Below, in pieces: positions 1 through 15,938 of a stretch of 64,000 bases of DNA. Location: the NCBI RefSeq assembly GCF_009914755.1, contig NC_060929.1; one strand, 5' to 3'. Source of the stretch: the human T2T-CHM13v2.0 reference genome, Homo sapiens. Under the pieces are notes generated by a model. That model ran no database searches, was not told the origin of the DNA, and was given only the letters and a program-made list of their open reading frames with translations. The translations under genes were made by a program, and so were the position numbers. The stretch's first letter is position 1, and each line of letters starts with the position of its first letter.

Positions 1-2199
1 GAGGAAGTGGGGGGCCACCATTGCCAACAAGGGCACAGGGCTGGGGCAAGGCCCTGCCTCACTGTACTCACTCTCCCTCCATCTCTGCCCAGCCTCCCAG
101 AGCCAGGGAAGGGACACAGAAGCACAAATGCTTTCTCAGCAAGCCTTCTATGTGATTCTCACAGGCACAGAGACCATCGGGACAGAAAATCATCCCCACT
201 TCCCAGATGAAAAAACCGAGCCTCAGGCAGGGCCATGCTTGAAAGGACAGAGCTGGCACCTGTGCTGGCCTCCTGCCTCCAGTCCCAGCACTCCCTGCTC
301 CGTGCTGCTCTGCCTCATTTAGGGGAGTCCTCGTCAATTAGGTGAACACCCCAGACTCCGCGGCACAGCCTGAAGCACCCTCTGCCTGACACTGGAGCTT
401 CCTCTTTTCTCTTATCCATCCATTTAAAGTCTGGGCCTAGGAACTCAGAGAGACGGTCTCTGTTCTCTGCTTGGCCACTCATCAAGAACAGATCACCTCT
501 GAGCCTCAGTTTCTCCATCTGTAAAGGGCATCCAGGGCCTCCCAGCTCTCCCCACTATAATTATAGGGGCATTTGGGAGATGTTCACTACCTGTCAGAGT
601 GCTGAAAAACACAGGGCCGAGACGCTTAGCAGGTGGGAGGTGAAGTTGTTTCTGCCCTGGTGTTGTAAAAGATACTGAAAATGAAACCATGGTTCCACAC
701 AGCCCATGAGCCAAGGCTGTCCACCACAAGGTACATGGATTTAAGCCCCAGTGAGTGCTCTGAGTGTCCTAGAGGTAGCAAGAGAGCTGGACCCCATGGA
801 AGGGTATGTCTGCATAGCCCCTGGTCCAACCTCTCAAACAGCAAGGTGCATCCAGGCCGCTGTATCTGTGCATATGAAGACTTTCCCTGAGCTACTAACT
901 CCAAGAAGGACAAGGGCCCTACATCTTGAGGTTACCAAATTCCTTTTAATGACTCTTAAGTGCTTCCTTACAACTTTCTATAAATCCACCAGCTCATCCC
1001 CACCCGAGAACTCCACACGCAACCTCATTAGGAGGCAGTGAGTGGTGGAAAATATTGATACTTCTGGCTAATGGCGTTATTAATACCATTACCATTCATA
1101 TCACCTCGTAAACGACTCTTATAGGACATTTAGCATGGCTAAGTCCAAATGAAGATAATATTGTTGCTAATTATCTCTCTATAAACTTATTTCATGGCAG
1201 GGAACAAGGGCCCTTATATCCTCTGATTACTCAGTTGCCAGAACCATAAGGAAGTAGGAAAGACTGCATGAAGATGTGCCCTCTGGGGATGATTCATTAT
1301 GAAGAAGTGTGGTTTGCAAAAGCACAAGAGCTGTTTGGAGATTTTTAAAAAGAAAGGAATGCTAATTTGTGAGAGAGGGGACAGGGAGGAAACATCTCAG
1401 GGAGCCAGAACTGATCAAGGCTGACTCTCTGGCACCGCTGGATGGGATTCGCAAGCTGGCTCTCTCGGGTCCCTGTGTCCAAGGGTCAGAAAGTGGCCTA
1501 GGTAGGGCACGCCTGAGCTGCTCATTTTGGTGATAACTACACGGTGGAGCTCCAGGGAGGGAAGCTGAGCAAGTGTCCTCATCTCATGAGAGGGTTCTAA
1601 ATCCAGCAGCCCTACAATCACATTTTGAAATGACTCGCATTTTCTTATTTACTCAGTGGCTTACTTAGCACTTGCGGACTTAACTGGGGCTTGTCTGAAG
1701 CTGGTGGAGGGGTTTATGCTGTCTCAGGAAGCAGTGTCAGCCTTGCGATTTCGCCTCCTGCATTGTTTGGGAAACATTACTCCCAGATAAGACTCCAAAG
1801 TGATTACTCTAAAGGAAGCTGTGAATAAGAAAATAAATGTTTTTCTTTTTCTCTTTCTAGCTGAGCTCAGACGATTTACAGTATTAAATGTCCCCTTGTA
1901 CTCAGGAGAACTAGAATTGATTTTTTTTTCTTAAAACTGCTCATTGGGTTGCTTATAAATTTCTCTAGCTGTTGTTATCAAGTTGTAAATTGCAGTTATG
2001 AGAATAACCACAGATCGATGGCAGTCATTCTGAGGGAGGACCAGGTCTGTGTGGACGAAGGCAATTCAGGCTTTTAACAGACATTTATAGTCAATTATCT
2101 TTAGTCCAGATTTGATTAAGAATTGGTGAAATCTCAGCCAGATACTAGGTAGGAATTTACCTTCGCTCTGCCCATGGGCAAGTCCATATGGCCATTCAC

Positions 2200-2856
2200 C
2201 AGATATTTCCAGCTTTCCTCCCTACATACATTTCTCCATCTCTTTTGCAGTTAGGCAAGACCATTAAACTTGTTTTGACCAACAAAATGTGAGTATGAGC
2301 ATCACATATTAGTGCCTGGTAGGTGGTTTAAAACAAGAGGCAGATAACTTTTTTTATAAAAAGCCAGACATACATTAAGGCTTTGTGGTCATATGGCCAC
2401 TGTCACCAACTATCCAACTCTGCCGTTGTGGCACCACCAAAGCAGCCATATATAATAGTATCAAATGGGTGTGGTGTATTCCCATAAAACTTTACTAATG
2501 GACACCAAAATTTGAATTTCATATGATTTTTGTGTCACAAAATCTTTTGTTTTTTTAACCATTTTTGAATGTTTAAAAAAAACCCTTATAGAATGCACAA
2601 AAAAATGTGAAAGGTCAGATTTGGTCTCGAGGCCATAATTGACCAACCCCTGCCATAAATAAAATCAGTGGATGATTTGCTATATCCCCTCTCCCTGCTG
2701 AGACAGCTCTGTCATCGGTCCAGGTCCATGAATGCCTATGAGGAGCAGAGCCCACAGTCAGTTCCCAGCAGACATGGAGAGTGAGCAAGAAAGAAACCTT
2801 GATTGTTGGAGTCACTGAGATTTGGGAGGTTGTTACTGCAGCAAACCTACCCTCTG
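2200..2856 (+). mobile_element. Old MaLR LTR (MLT1J-like) interrupted by MER58B
   Basis: 5' part ttttgcagttaggcaagacc...gaccaacaaaatgtgagt and 3' part agtgagcaagaaagaaaccttgattgtt...ctgagatttgggaggttgttactgcagca resemble MLT1J/K LTRs; boundaries approximate. Confidence 0.55.
2334..2652. mobile_element. MER58B hAT-Charlie DNA transposon
   Basis: Typical MER58 motifs (aaggctttgtggtcatatgg, ccaactctgccgttgtgg, aaagcagccata, ataaaacttta) plus the B-type internal segment (tttgaatttcatatga); ends in gaccaacccctg. Confidence 0.75.
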
Positions 2857-3599
2857 AAATGGTCTCTGATGGGATTTTCTAAGATAACTAATGGACTAGA
2901 CAAAATTGCAATATGAAGAGATTATTAAGAAATGATTTTTTTGAAACATACTTTATTTTTTGTAGTACCCATTGTTATTAAAATCATAAATTATGCATAA
3001 AGAATATTAATCTGTTCGTTAAAGCAGATCCTGAATATGCTGAAACTTGACAACATCTCCTACATCTATTTAGAATCACGGGGAAGTTTCAGAGTCATGA
3101 CCTTTCTTTTCCTTCTCAAGGGTATTTACATTCATCCTGGGCTTTCTCCTCATCTGTCTCATCAGTGACACTGACCGTTTGGGAATCTCAGTCTCATACC
3201 CAACCTTTCCGTCTTTAACCCAAGAGATGAGTAGGATTCCAGACAGAATGAACCATTCCAGACATCACATTTTAATAATGAGACAGGAAGAGGCAGAAGC
3301 AGAAAGGTATGCCATGTGACTTCAAGTATGTCCCTTGTCCTTTCTGGGTCTTTTTTCCTCCTGTAAAACTAGGAATTGGAAAAATAATATTTATAAGCTC
3401 TTTTAGTTTAGATATTCTAAGACTAGATATAATGTCCAACAATTTAAAACAAACCCTTTTGGATCTGACTACAGAAACAAACTAGAAAGAGCCTTTGGAC
3501 CCACTCAATCTAGCTCTTTATCTAAGAGTCTTCTAAAGAAGTCAGACGTGTCCCTATTTTGATGCCACAGAATTAATCTAGAATGACCTGGAAACTGAC

Positions 3600-4610
3600 C
3601 AAAGAAGAAACACAAATGAACAATGAACAATGAAAGTCTGAGAAATATTCAGTCATATTCAGTCTTGCTAGAGATTAGAGTAATACAGATTTAAAGATCA
3701 AGAACCATTTTCCATCTACTGGCTTTGCCAAGGTTCATAAGGAGGATCATATCCCATGTTGGTAAGAGGAGGGAGTCCAGAGACCCTGTGCTAATGGGGA
3801 AGTAAGCTGGCATGGTTTTTCTAGAGCAATATGTATTGAAAGCAATAAACATGGGCACCCCCTTTGACTAAGCAATAGCCCTACATCTACTGTTTTTTTC
3901 AAAAAAATGGATAAGCACAAGACAGGTAACACAACAAACAGATACAGCATCATTTCTAATGACAAAAAAAATTAGAAACAGTAAATGACTAAAGGTAAGG
4001 AATGATATAAATTAAAAATGGTACCTTGATAAAGTGAAATACCATCCTGCCATTAAAGATAATGCTGCCATACATTATATGAGCCTAATTTTGTGGGGGG
4101 TGGGGGGAGTAACAATTATAGACATACATAGAAAAAGGACTGGAAAAAGTATCAAGATGGAAACACCAAATATCAAAAATATCAAAATACCAAAAATGGA
4201 AGTAGTTATCTCTAGAGGTGTTAATTTTCTGAATTCTACTTTTCATTTTCCATATTGTTATAGAATCAGAAAAAATAAGCATTAAATGGAAGTAAAAACT
4301 AAAAAAATATAAATCTGTATATTTATTGATTTCAAAGGTGTTCTTGACACAATTGAAAAGTTATTTTTCTAAGTTAGCTATCAAATAACATGTATAGTTA
4401 GATCCTGTTTTGGAAAATGAGAAAAAGACTGAAAATATCTTTATGATATATATTATATATATTTTATGAAAAATGCATAAAAATTAAGTGATTTGTGGGG
4501 TAGGGTTATGAGTGAATTTTTTCCTTCTTGTCTTTTTTCTGATTATTCTACACTGAACATATATGTGTAAAAACAATAAAAAGGAAGCAAAACTCTTTAA
4601 AAATAAGTGA
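3600..4610 (+). mobile_element. Ancient L1ME-class 3' end fragments
   Basis: A-rich degenerate L1 3' motifs (ccattttccatctact, atggtac...aaataccatcctgccattaaa, gtagttatctctagagg); very diverged. Confidence 0.5.
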
Positions 4611-5399
4611 ATTAAGAAAGATCCAGATGCTTCAGGCAAGTTTGCTCTCAATGCTAAATAAGTCACGTAGATCAGTACCCTCCTCCTACACACACACAAA
4701 GACAGCAACCTCCATGGTCTTCTATAACTTTCCCATGATTCTATATCATCACTGCATGGATGAACAGGCTGCCTTGAAGAGGCAGGCGGGAACATTGGGA
4801 GCCCAGCACACTTAAGACTAGGGACACACTTTTGATTCTTGCTACTGACTCTCAAGGGTCCCGATTCTGATAGTCTGTCTTTCCACTTTTGGGCATCTCA
4901 CAGCCAATACCCATCAGCCCATGTGTGTTCTGTGTGTGAGCCTCAATTTGCTGACTGATATAAAATATTAGGCAGTAAGAAGAACATGGTTCTGGAAGAG
5001 CACCAAAATGGACGTTTGGCATTCTTTAAAGTTCTTACCTGTTCCTGAAATTTGTTCAGGTAGTTAGACACCCAGGAAGCAGGGCACTTACTATGTAACA
5101 CTTGGATGTAGCAGTATACTTGATCTGTATCATATGAACCAGGAAGATCTCTCTTAGTGAGTAATCTCTACTTATATATACTACAGAAATCTCCATGAGC
5201 ACATAAGACCACAGGTAAAGCAAGCTCTAAGAAAATGCCTGCCCTGCTATTATTTTCCAGTGATACTTGTTTTTATTTATTTTGTCATCTGCTAGTGCTA
5301 ACTTCAAATAAAAGGTATCAGGACCCAGATATTTAAGAAAAAAATATATGGGAGAAAAAGTTGGGAAAACTCTATTAACTTGAAAAGAAAATTTCCTAC

Positions 5400-8547
<3,148 letters not shown>

Positions 8548-11084
8548 ATGGCTCCAGTTGTCCTTGATAGGAGGTTGGTCTCAAACAAGTCAGTCTGCCA
8601 TTTCCAGGAGTAGAAAATCCCCTCTCCGATAACTCGGAGTTTTCTGTCACTGAGAAAAGACTGCCGTGACTGTGTTCTAATGGAGATACCTCTGTGTTGG
8701 AGCCCTTGTGTCAGCTCAGCTGAACCCATCTTCTCAGAGACCCAGTGAGAGCTTTGGCACCATTTCAGCAAAGCTTAGGCAGACATGGCCTGAGTCTCCT
8801 GCTGCCCCACTCAGACTCACTCCCAAGGCTGGTTTCTAGAAGCCCAATAAAGAAAATCCACACCGCTCCTCATGGTCCACTCTACCTTTGCTTTATTCCT
8901 GCAGATGAGTACTGCACAAAGAATATTCTGTAAAAACGCTGTTTGTACAAGATAAGAATTCTGTTACAATTTCTTTTCAGAGAATGTAACATATTCTTTC
9001 CCCCTCTTCCAGATTCATAATGCATATTAGCGTAAAGCCTCTGAAAAGTCCTGTAGCAAGAAAACTTTGTTTCATCCCCATTTTCATGAATTTATTTAAT
9101 GACAGAAAGTGGGTTGAGGGGCTTTTTATTAGCAGGACAGAAATTAACACCCCATGAACATTGTACAGAACATGCAAACATTGTACAGAGCATCCTTAGA
9201 CTTCTGATCCCACCATTGCTCTTGCGGGACTGTGGAGCTAAGTTGTTCATAATAAAACATTGTGTCTCAAATTGCCTTATGGGAGCTAAGTCATGGCTGA
9301 GCGCCCCTTTGCTGAGTGGTATGCTTTTTTGGGTGTTCCAAAGCAAAGATGGGCCATGTACCATTTTCCAAATTAGGCTGATGAATGCATCAACCTTTTC
9401 CACCTGCCAGTAACACAACAAGAAGTTTTTAAAAGGCTTTTGTTTACTGTCTGCCAATACACACGGGGCCATTAGCCAGTTGGCAGGTCTTGTGTGAGCT
9501 TCATTTCTGCCAGCTACAGTGAGCTGCCCACTCCTTAGCTGACAGCCTCGATCAATGCCCCTTCAATGCTAAAGGGCTGCAGGGGTGAGAGGTGGGGGAG
9601 AGCAAGTTGGTTTGATGAGAGAGTAAGAAACAAGGAGAAAGGGACAAAACCTTCCTTCTACCCTTCACATTACAGAGTCCTCCCACTCAAAGCCTCATTA
9701 CAGGCATTGCTGCCTGTCTGTTCTACCAATCTTTTGATAATTTAGTTGTGCTTCCAGTTGAGAGCTGTGTTGTTTAATAAAACAGAGACAATCGACTCTT
9801 CCTCAGTGTTGTAATAGCCTCTCTGTGTGTTTACTTGAGAACAAATGCTGTTATAATTTCTTTGGGGAATCAATATCTTCCAGTGCATATGCACAGCCCT
9901 ATTGGAGGTTCAGATTGTGTAAGGAGAGAAGGGGAAATTTATTGCCTTGTAAATGCTGGCAGAAGGTAGTAGGTTTAGTGAGAGCTGTAATTAAAGTTTT
10001 GCTGATAATAAAAAATGGAGGCAATAAACACTCCGATTTTCCAGTCCTCAGTCTCAGAATGGCTGAACCATCACAGGGTCCTGGACTCTTGCTGGTCTCT
10101 GCACAATTAACCTCTGAAGGTAAAGGTCCCAGGGCCCAAAGGCTGCCAGCTCCTGGGCCCTTGAGATGCCCTCCATGTGCTCACAGGCCCATCTGCTTTC
10201 TTCAACTTTAGCAGCAGCAAAGTCAACCTTTATTTTACCAACTGATTCTAAAGCTGGCTATTCAAGCCAGAGCTACCAGGCTAAAAGTCTACACAGGATT
10301 TGAGAATGAGGAGTTCAACCTGGAGGCAAGCACCCGTACTCCAAAAAGAACTGAAGTATAAGAGGAGATAAATCACTCGCTTGTCAATCTTTCTGCAGGG
10401 GGACCCCTCTCCAGGAATTCATTCAAGTCTTCCAAAATAGCACACAAAGATTTTCCAAAGGTGATTGCTTGTTTCTCTGCTAAGCACTTGCTGTGCAGGT
10501 TTGTGTGTGCTCCAGGTTTGATGGAGGCAGAGGAACTGCATGGTTGGGAAGGGGATGGAGACCTCCTCATGCCCACAAGGCGGCAATGTCTACAAGGTAC
10601 CACTGACACCTTGCCACTGGCTAAGGACATCTGCATTGTCTTTTCCAACTGGGATGAAATCACAGTCACCTCTCTCCCTGCAATTCCTGGCTGTGTCCAC
10701 AACAGTATCAGACTATGGAAGAAGGAGGCAATTTCTCTGACCCACTGGGATGGGGGCATCTTCAAGGCTTCTTTGGCCCTGGGTATCAAAGTAAGATCAA
10801 CTGGCCTGGGAAAATCAGAAACTATCCTCACTCACCAGCCCCACTACCACCATCACCCCTAGGTTAAGTTCCCAAAGGGGAAGAACTTGTCTATAATCTC
10901 TGTAGCCATCCAGACAATAAATACCTACTGAGCACCTACTATTTGCCATGCACGGTATCACCGCACCCAGCACCAAACTCTTGCAGAAAGAACAAACAAG
11001 TGAGCAAATTGGCCTCCATATCCACCAGGAGGTTCCTCTGAGAATACAGGAGCCCGAGTTCTTCTAGAAATAATAAGATGCTCC

Positions 11085-11310
11085 ATATTGACCACCTACT
11101 ATGTACCAGATGGCCTACACAGCCCTTTACACATGTCCATTCTCTCTTTTGGTCCTTACAACCACTCCCCACTGTGAGGTAGAGATGGTGGTTGTTGTTG
11201 ACAGTAGAGGACGGTAAGGCTCAGAGGGGCAAGCCATGTGCCCAGAGCCAACGCCACCCAACACACAGCACAGGGCCAGCAGGGAAGGCCCCAGCTGATG
11301 ATGCTCCAAA
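11085..11310 (-). mobile_element. MIR SINE
   Basis: tattgaccacctactatgtaccag...ctgtgaggtag...aggctcagagggg, degenerate MIR core. Confidence 0.6.
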
Positions 11311-12611
11311 GCCTGCATTCTTTCCATTATGCCATGTTCCCTGTCAACAATGTCACATGAGCCCCTCACCTGCCATCACTTGTCTTCTCCTCGCAGGGTC
11401 TGCTGAGAGAGGAGGTGGAAGGTGCAAAAAGAATTTCACTCCTGAGTCCTTGAGAGAGCTCAGCAGAAAAAGGGCTGAGCAGGGCTGCCAAGCAGCACCA
11501 CGGGGAAGCAGCAAAGGGGTCTAGGGCTTACCTGTCCACAGGAGGCAGGCCTGGCTGGGACCACTGGCTGCCGGCATTTCTGGATTCTGTGCCTTTCTCT
11601 CCTGTCTCATCTTCCACCTTCCTTCCCTCCTCTAAAACGTTCAGAGGACTAAGAGCCTGCAGGGAATCTCAGTCCAGTCCCCTTGCCAGCCCAAACACCT
11701 CCCACTGGGTGGCCCTTAGCCCTGGGTCTCGTCCAGCCAGTGCCAAGCATACGCAGCCCCTTTCCAAGGCCGGGCACATGTGGTGCAAAACCAGCTAGGC
11801 ACCAGACATAACAAGGTACTGGTGAGGTGCAGAGGCTGGCTGTCCCCAGAACACAAGACCCTCCCGGTGTGCAGCCCTCTCCTGGGCAGCTTCCCTTAGA
11901 GAAACAAAGCTCCCAGCAGCAAGTTCCAAGTCCAGGATGGTCCTGCACCAATTCCGATGCTGTCCCTGCAATCCCTTTCTTCAGATGCCTAGCACTTGCA
12001 CAAACTTCAAGTTGCTCATCTCCAAATGGGTGAGGGACTCACTCTGTCATATCAGCTTCCCTGGATCTGCCCGCAGGGAGCAGCAGGACCAAGGGAGAGT
12101 CTGGAGAAAGTGTCCACATTTGCAACTCTCCAACTCTGTGACTTCTCCAAGGTACCCAATGGCCCCACATGAGAGCTCCAGAGCTCAGGCTGCGGTGGGG
12201 ACCCTAGGCCGCTGATTAGCCAATAACATCACCAGCAGGCATTAAATCTATCCTCAGTTAACCCAATGTCTTTAATAATAAAGAAGATTTTGCACTGGGG
12301 ATAAATACTGTGTCTCATTTTCTCACTCTCACTGGTCTCCTGTCACTGTGCGCTTATTAATACAATCACTAACATATGGCTCCCAATCAGCCACTAAAAT
12401 GCTGCTGTTATTCCTACTAATTCGACAATAAAATATGGCTGTGCCAGGCCATAAAAAGTAGGCTGCCATGTGACTGGGGGCTCTGTGGGAGGTAAGCCAG
12501 GGGGCCCAGAGCTCTAGACTGGCCACCGGGAACTGAGCCACCATGGCCACGGCCCTGCAGGCCCTGACTTCCAAGGGCCCAGACACCACCGGAAACTCAG
12601 AGGTGTTCCCT

Positions 12612-13151
12612 GCTATATTTCCATTACTGTATAACAAATTACCACAAACAGCAGCTTAAAACAACACCCATTAATCGTCTCACCGTTCTGTAGGTCAGAA
12701 GTCCAGGCGTGACTAAATTCTCTGCTCACAGGCTCACCAGGCTGAAGTCAAAGTGTCAGCTGGGCCACATTCGCAGTGGGAGGCTTGACGAGGGCGGAAT
12801 CCACTTCCAGATGCATCTCATTCAGGCTCTTGGCAGATTTCTATTCCTTGCAGCTGTAGGACTGAGGTCTCTGCTTTCTTGCTGGTTGTCAGCCGGGGCT
12901 CACTCTCTGCTCCTAGAGGCTGTCTCAGGTCCTAGCCCCCCACCCCTCCACAATATGGTAGCTTCCTTCTGCAAAGCCAGTGGGAGAGTCTCTTCAGTCT
13001 TAAACTGCATAATCTAATCAGGGCTGGGGGTGGGTGATATCCCATCCTATCCACAGTCCCACCACACTCAGGGGGAGGGGCATTCTGCAGGCCATGTATA
13101 CCAGAGGTGGGAATCTTGGAATCCTGCCATCTCAGAATCCTGCCCACCACA
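12612..13151 (-). mobile_element. MaLR LTR (MLT1E-like)
   Basis: tgtataacaaattaccacaaac...ttctgtaggtcagaagtcc...ttccttgcagctgtaggactgagg...ccatctcagaatcctgcccaccaca. Confidence 0.8.
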
Positions 13152-13997
13152 CACGGTATTAAGATCTTCCACTTGCCTGTCTTTGTGTGTAGGCAGCCTT
13201 TCTGCTGACAACTGGACCTTGGTTCTAATCTCACTCCCCTTCCCCCACACACCAGAGAAGAATCCTACAGCATCTGGCAGCTCTTCTCCCAGGCCAAGCC
13301 TCCACCACTGGCCAAACAGAGAAGAAAGCAGTGGGCTCAGGTAATGTGATGTGCAAGGGATGGACGGAGGGGCTCAGGAGCAGCCCCACCCTAGGCTGCA
13401 CAGCATGGAATAGGTATTTGCAAAAGCATTCTCTTCACCAAGTAGCAATAATTCACTTCCAATCCAAAGAAGGCCCTTCCTCAGACCTTCTTACGGCTTC
13501 TCCTAAAAAAATCTCCTCTCTGTAAAGCTCCCAACTACTGAGGCAAAGCAAATCCCATTACGCCCCAGGTTATTTCCTCACCCTGGTTCTGAGCACCCAG
13601 ATTCCTGGGCCCCACCCCCAGATCAGTGGACCCAGAGAAATAGGATCTGCCTTTGTAAAGCTCTCAGCCAGAGCTGCTGCCCAGGAGCTCTGAGGGAGAA
13701 GCAGGCCTGGGGCCCTGCCCTGATCCAGCTGCTTTCAATGAGCTCTTCAAGCCCAGAGAGGAAACAAAAACAAACTGGCTTTTGATTTTAAGAATCAGGT
13801 TTATATGAAAATACACTCATCGTAATTAAAACACCATAACCCCAAATGATCCCTATAGCCTTCCAGATAATGTCCACCTTCTTCCGGCTCCCCACTCCCA
13901 GGCCTGCACAGGGGGCCCCTCACCCTGTCTCACTGGCCTTCTCTACTCCCCATTAGTCTTCCTGAGCCTTTACTCTTAGGGTCCCCTCAGCTGGGAA

Positions 13998-14269
13998 CAC
14001 TTTGGGAGGCCGAGGCAGGAGGATTGCTTGAGCCCAGGAGTTCGAGACCAGACTGGGCAACATGGTGAAACCCTGTCCTTAAAAAAAAAAAAAAAAATTA
14101 CTTAGCTAGACATGGTGGTGCATGCCTGCAGTCCCAGCTACTCGGGAGGCTGAGGGTAGGAGGATCAGTTGGGACCTGGAGGTCGATGTTACAGTGAGCC
14201 ATGATCATATCACTTACACTCGAGCCTGGGTGACAGAGTGAGACCCTGTCTCCAAAAAAAATAAATAAA
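13998..14269 (+). mobile_element. AluJ, 5'-truncated
   Basis: ggaggattgcttgagcccaggag (J-type), middle A run, gagtgagaccctgtctc and A-tail. Confidence 0.9.
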
Positions 14270-15100
14270 GTCAGATTTTGCAAAATCTGAAAATGAGAGT
14301 CAGACTCTCGGCAGGTGGGGACCTCATCTCAAGCCCTTATCCCACCCCCTAAACTCAGGTGGCAGGGGACAAAGACTTGAGGCATGGCAACAGACTATGA
14401 CTTTAGAATAAAGGCAGCCACAGCCATCGGCATGACTATGAGCTGCTGGGCATCAGTGCCTTTCTCCTGGCAGCAAACAACCCCCACGCCATAGCCTTGG
14501 GGCAAATCTCAGAGAACAGGCTGGGCAGAGGGCCCTAGCAGGGGAGTCAGCTTAGGTCGTGTCCTGGGGATAGCTACATGCGGCAGTCCTGCCGCCGTCC
14601 CCCTGTGTCTCCACACTTTCCCTGGCGTCTGGGACCTGGAGACTCAGAGAACATGTTTGCATCTGTCAAGCCCAACAAGTCATTAATTACACCTTGGGGA
14701 AAGTCACAGAGGCAGGGTGTGGATGGGCAAACACTGTTCAAACATGCTGAGGCAAACCTCGAGGTTGTGTTTGACACTGCTGGGGTTATTGTGGTAAGTC
14801 TCTGTTTTGGTTGACTACAAATCCCAAAACTTTCCAGTGTTCCTTTTGGAAGATCTTTGAATTGAAAGATTCAAGCCTATACTGCTCCTTCCTTCCCTGA
14901 GGGAGTTCCCTCAGTCACTGTGACCTCACCTATGGTCCTTGAGGCCTGAGGGGTCCTCCCCAAGGTCCCTCTCCTAGCCCCCAAGGTGAAAATTCCCCCC
15001 CAGAGCTAATGCCAGGGGGTTGGAGCAGGATTAAACTTTGTCACAGCCCTCGGCCTGCTGTTGCCCTGACTCAGGATTCTAGGAAGGACTTTTGGGCTAG

Positions 15101-15458
<358 letters not shown>

Positions 15459-15477
15459 TAGCTTCAGCTGAGCTCTG

Positions 15478-15625
15478 AGTTTCTCGAACTGTAGAGTCAT
15501 CTAGGAATCCTGTTAAAGTGCCAGTTTGGACTCAGCAGGTCTGGAGTAGCACCTGAAATTCAGCATTTCCCACATGCTCCCAGGTGACACCCATGCTGCT
15601 GGTTCACAGACCACACTTTGAGTAG
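15478..15625. mobile_element. MER5A/B hAT-Charlie element
   Basis: actcagcaggtctgg...cagcatttc...gctcccaggtgac...gctgctggttcacagaccacactttgagtag. Confidence 0.7.
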
Positions 15626-15639
15626 GAAAGCTCAAAAGT

Positions 15640-15938
15640 AGCACTGCCCAGCAGAAATAGAAGCAGAGCCACATAAGTCATTTTAAAGTGTCTCCTAAAC
15701 ACATCAAAAAGTAATTGTCATAATGTATTTGATTTAACCCAATGTGTCTAAAAGAGTATTATGTCAACATATAATGAATATAAAAAATTACTTATGAGAT
15801 AGCTTACATTCTTTTTTTGTACTAAGTCTTCAAACTGCAGGGTGGATTTTACCCTTACAGCACATGTCAGTCTGAACTAGCCACATTTCTGCACTTAGTG
15901 GCCACATGTGGCTAGTGGCTGCTCTTTTGGACAGTGCA
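15640..15938 (-). mobile_element. MER33 hAT-Charlie element
   Basis: tatttgatttaacccaat...tactaagtcttcaaa...tagccacattt...gccacatgtggctagtggct...ttggacagtgca. Confidence 0.8.
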
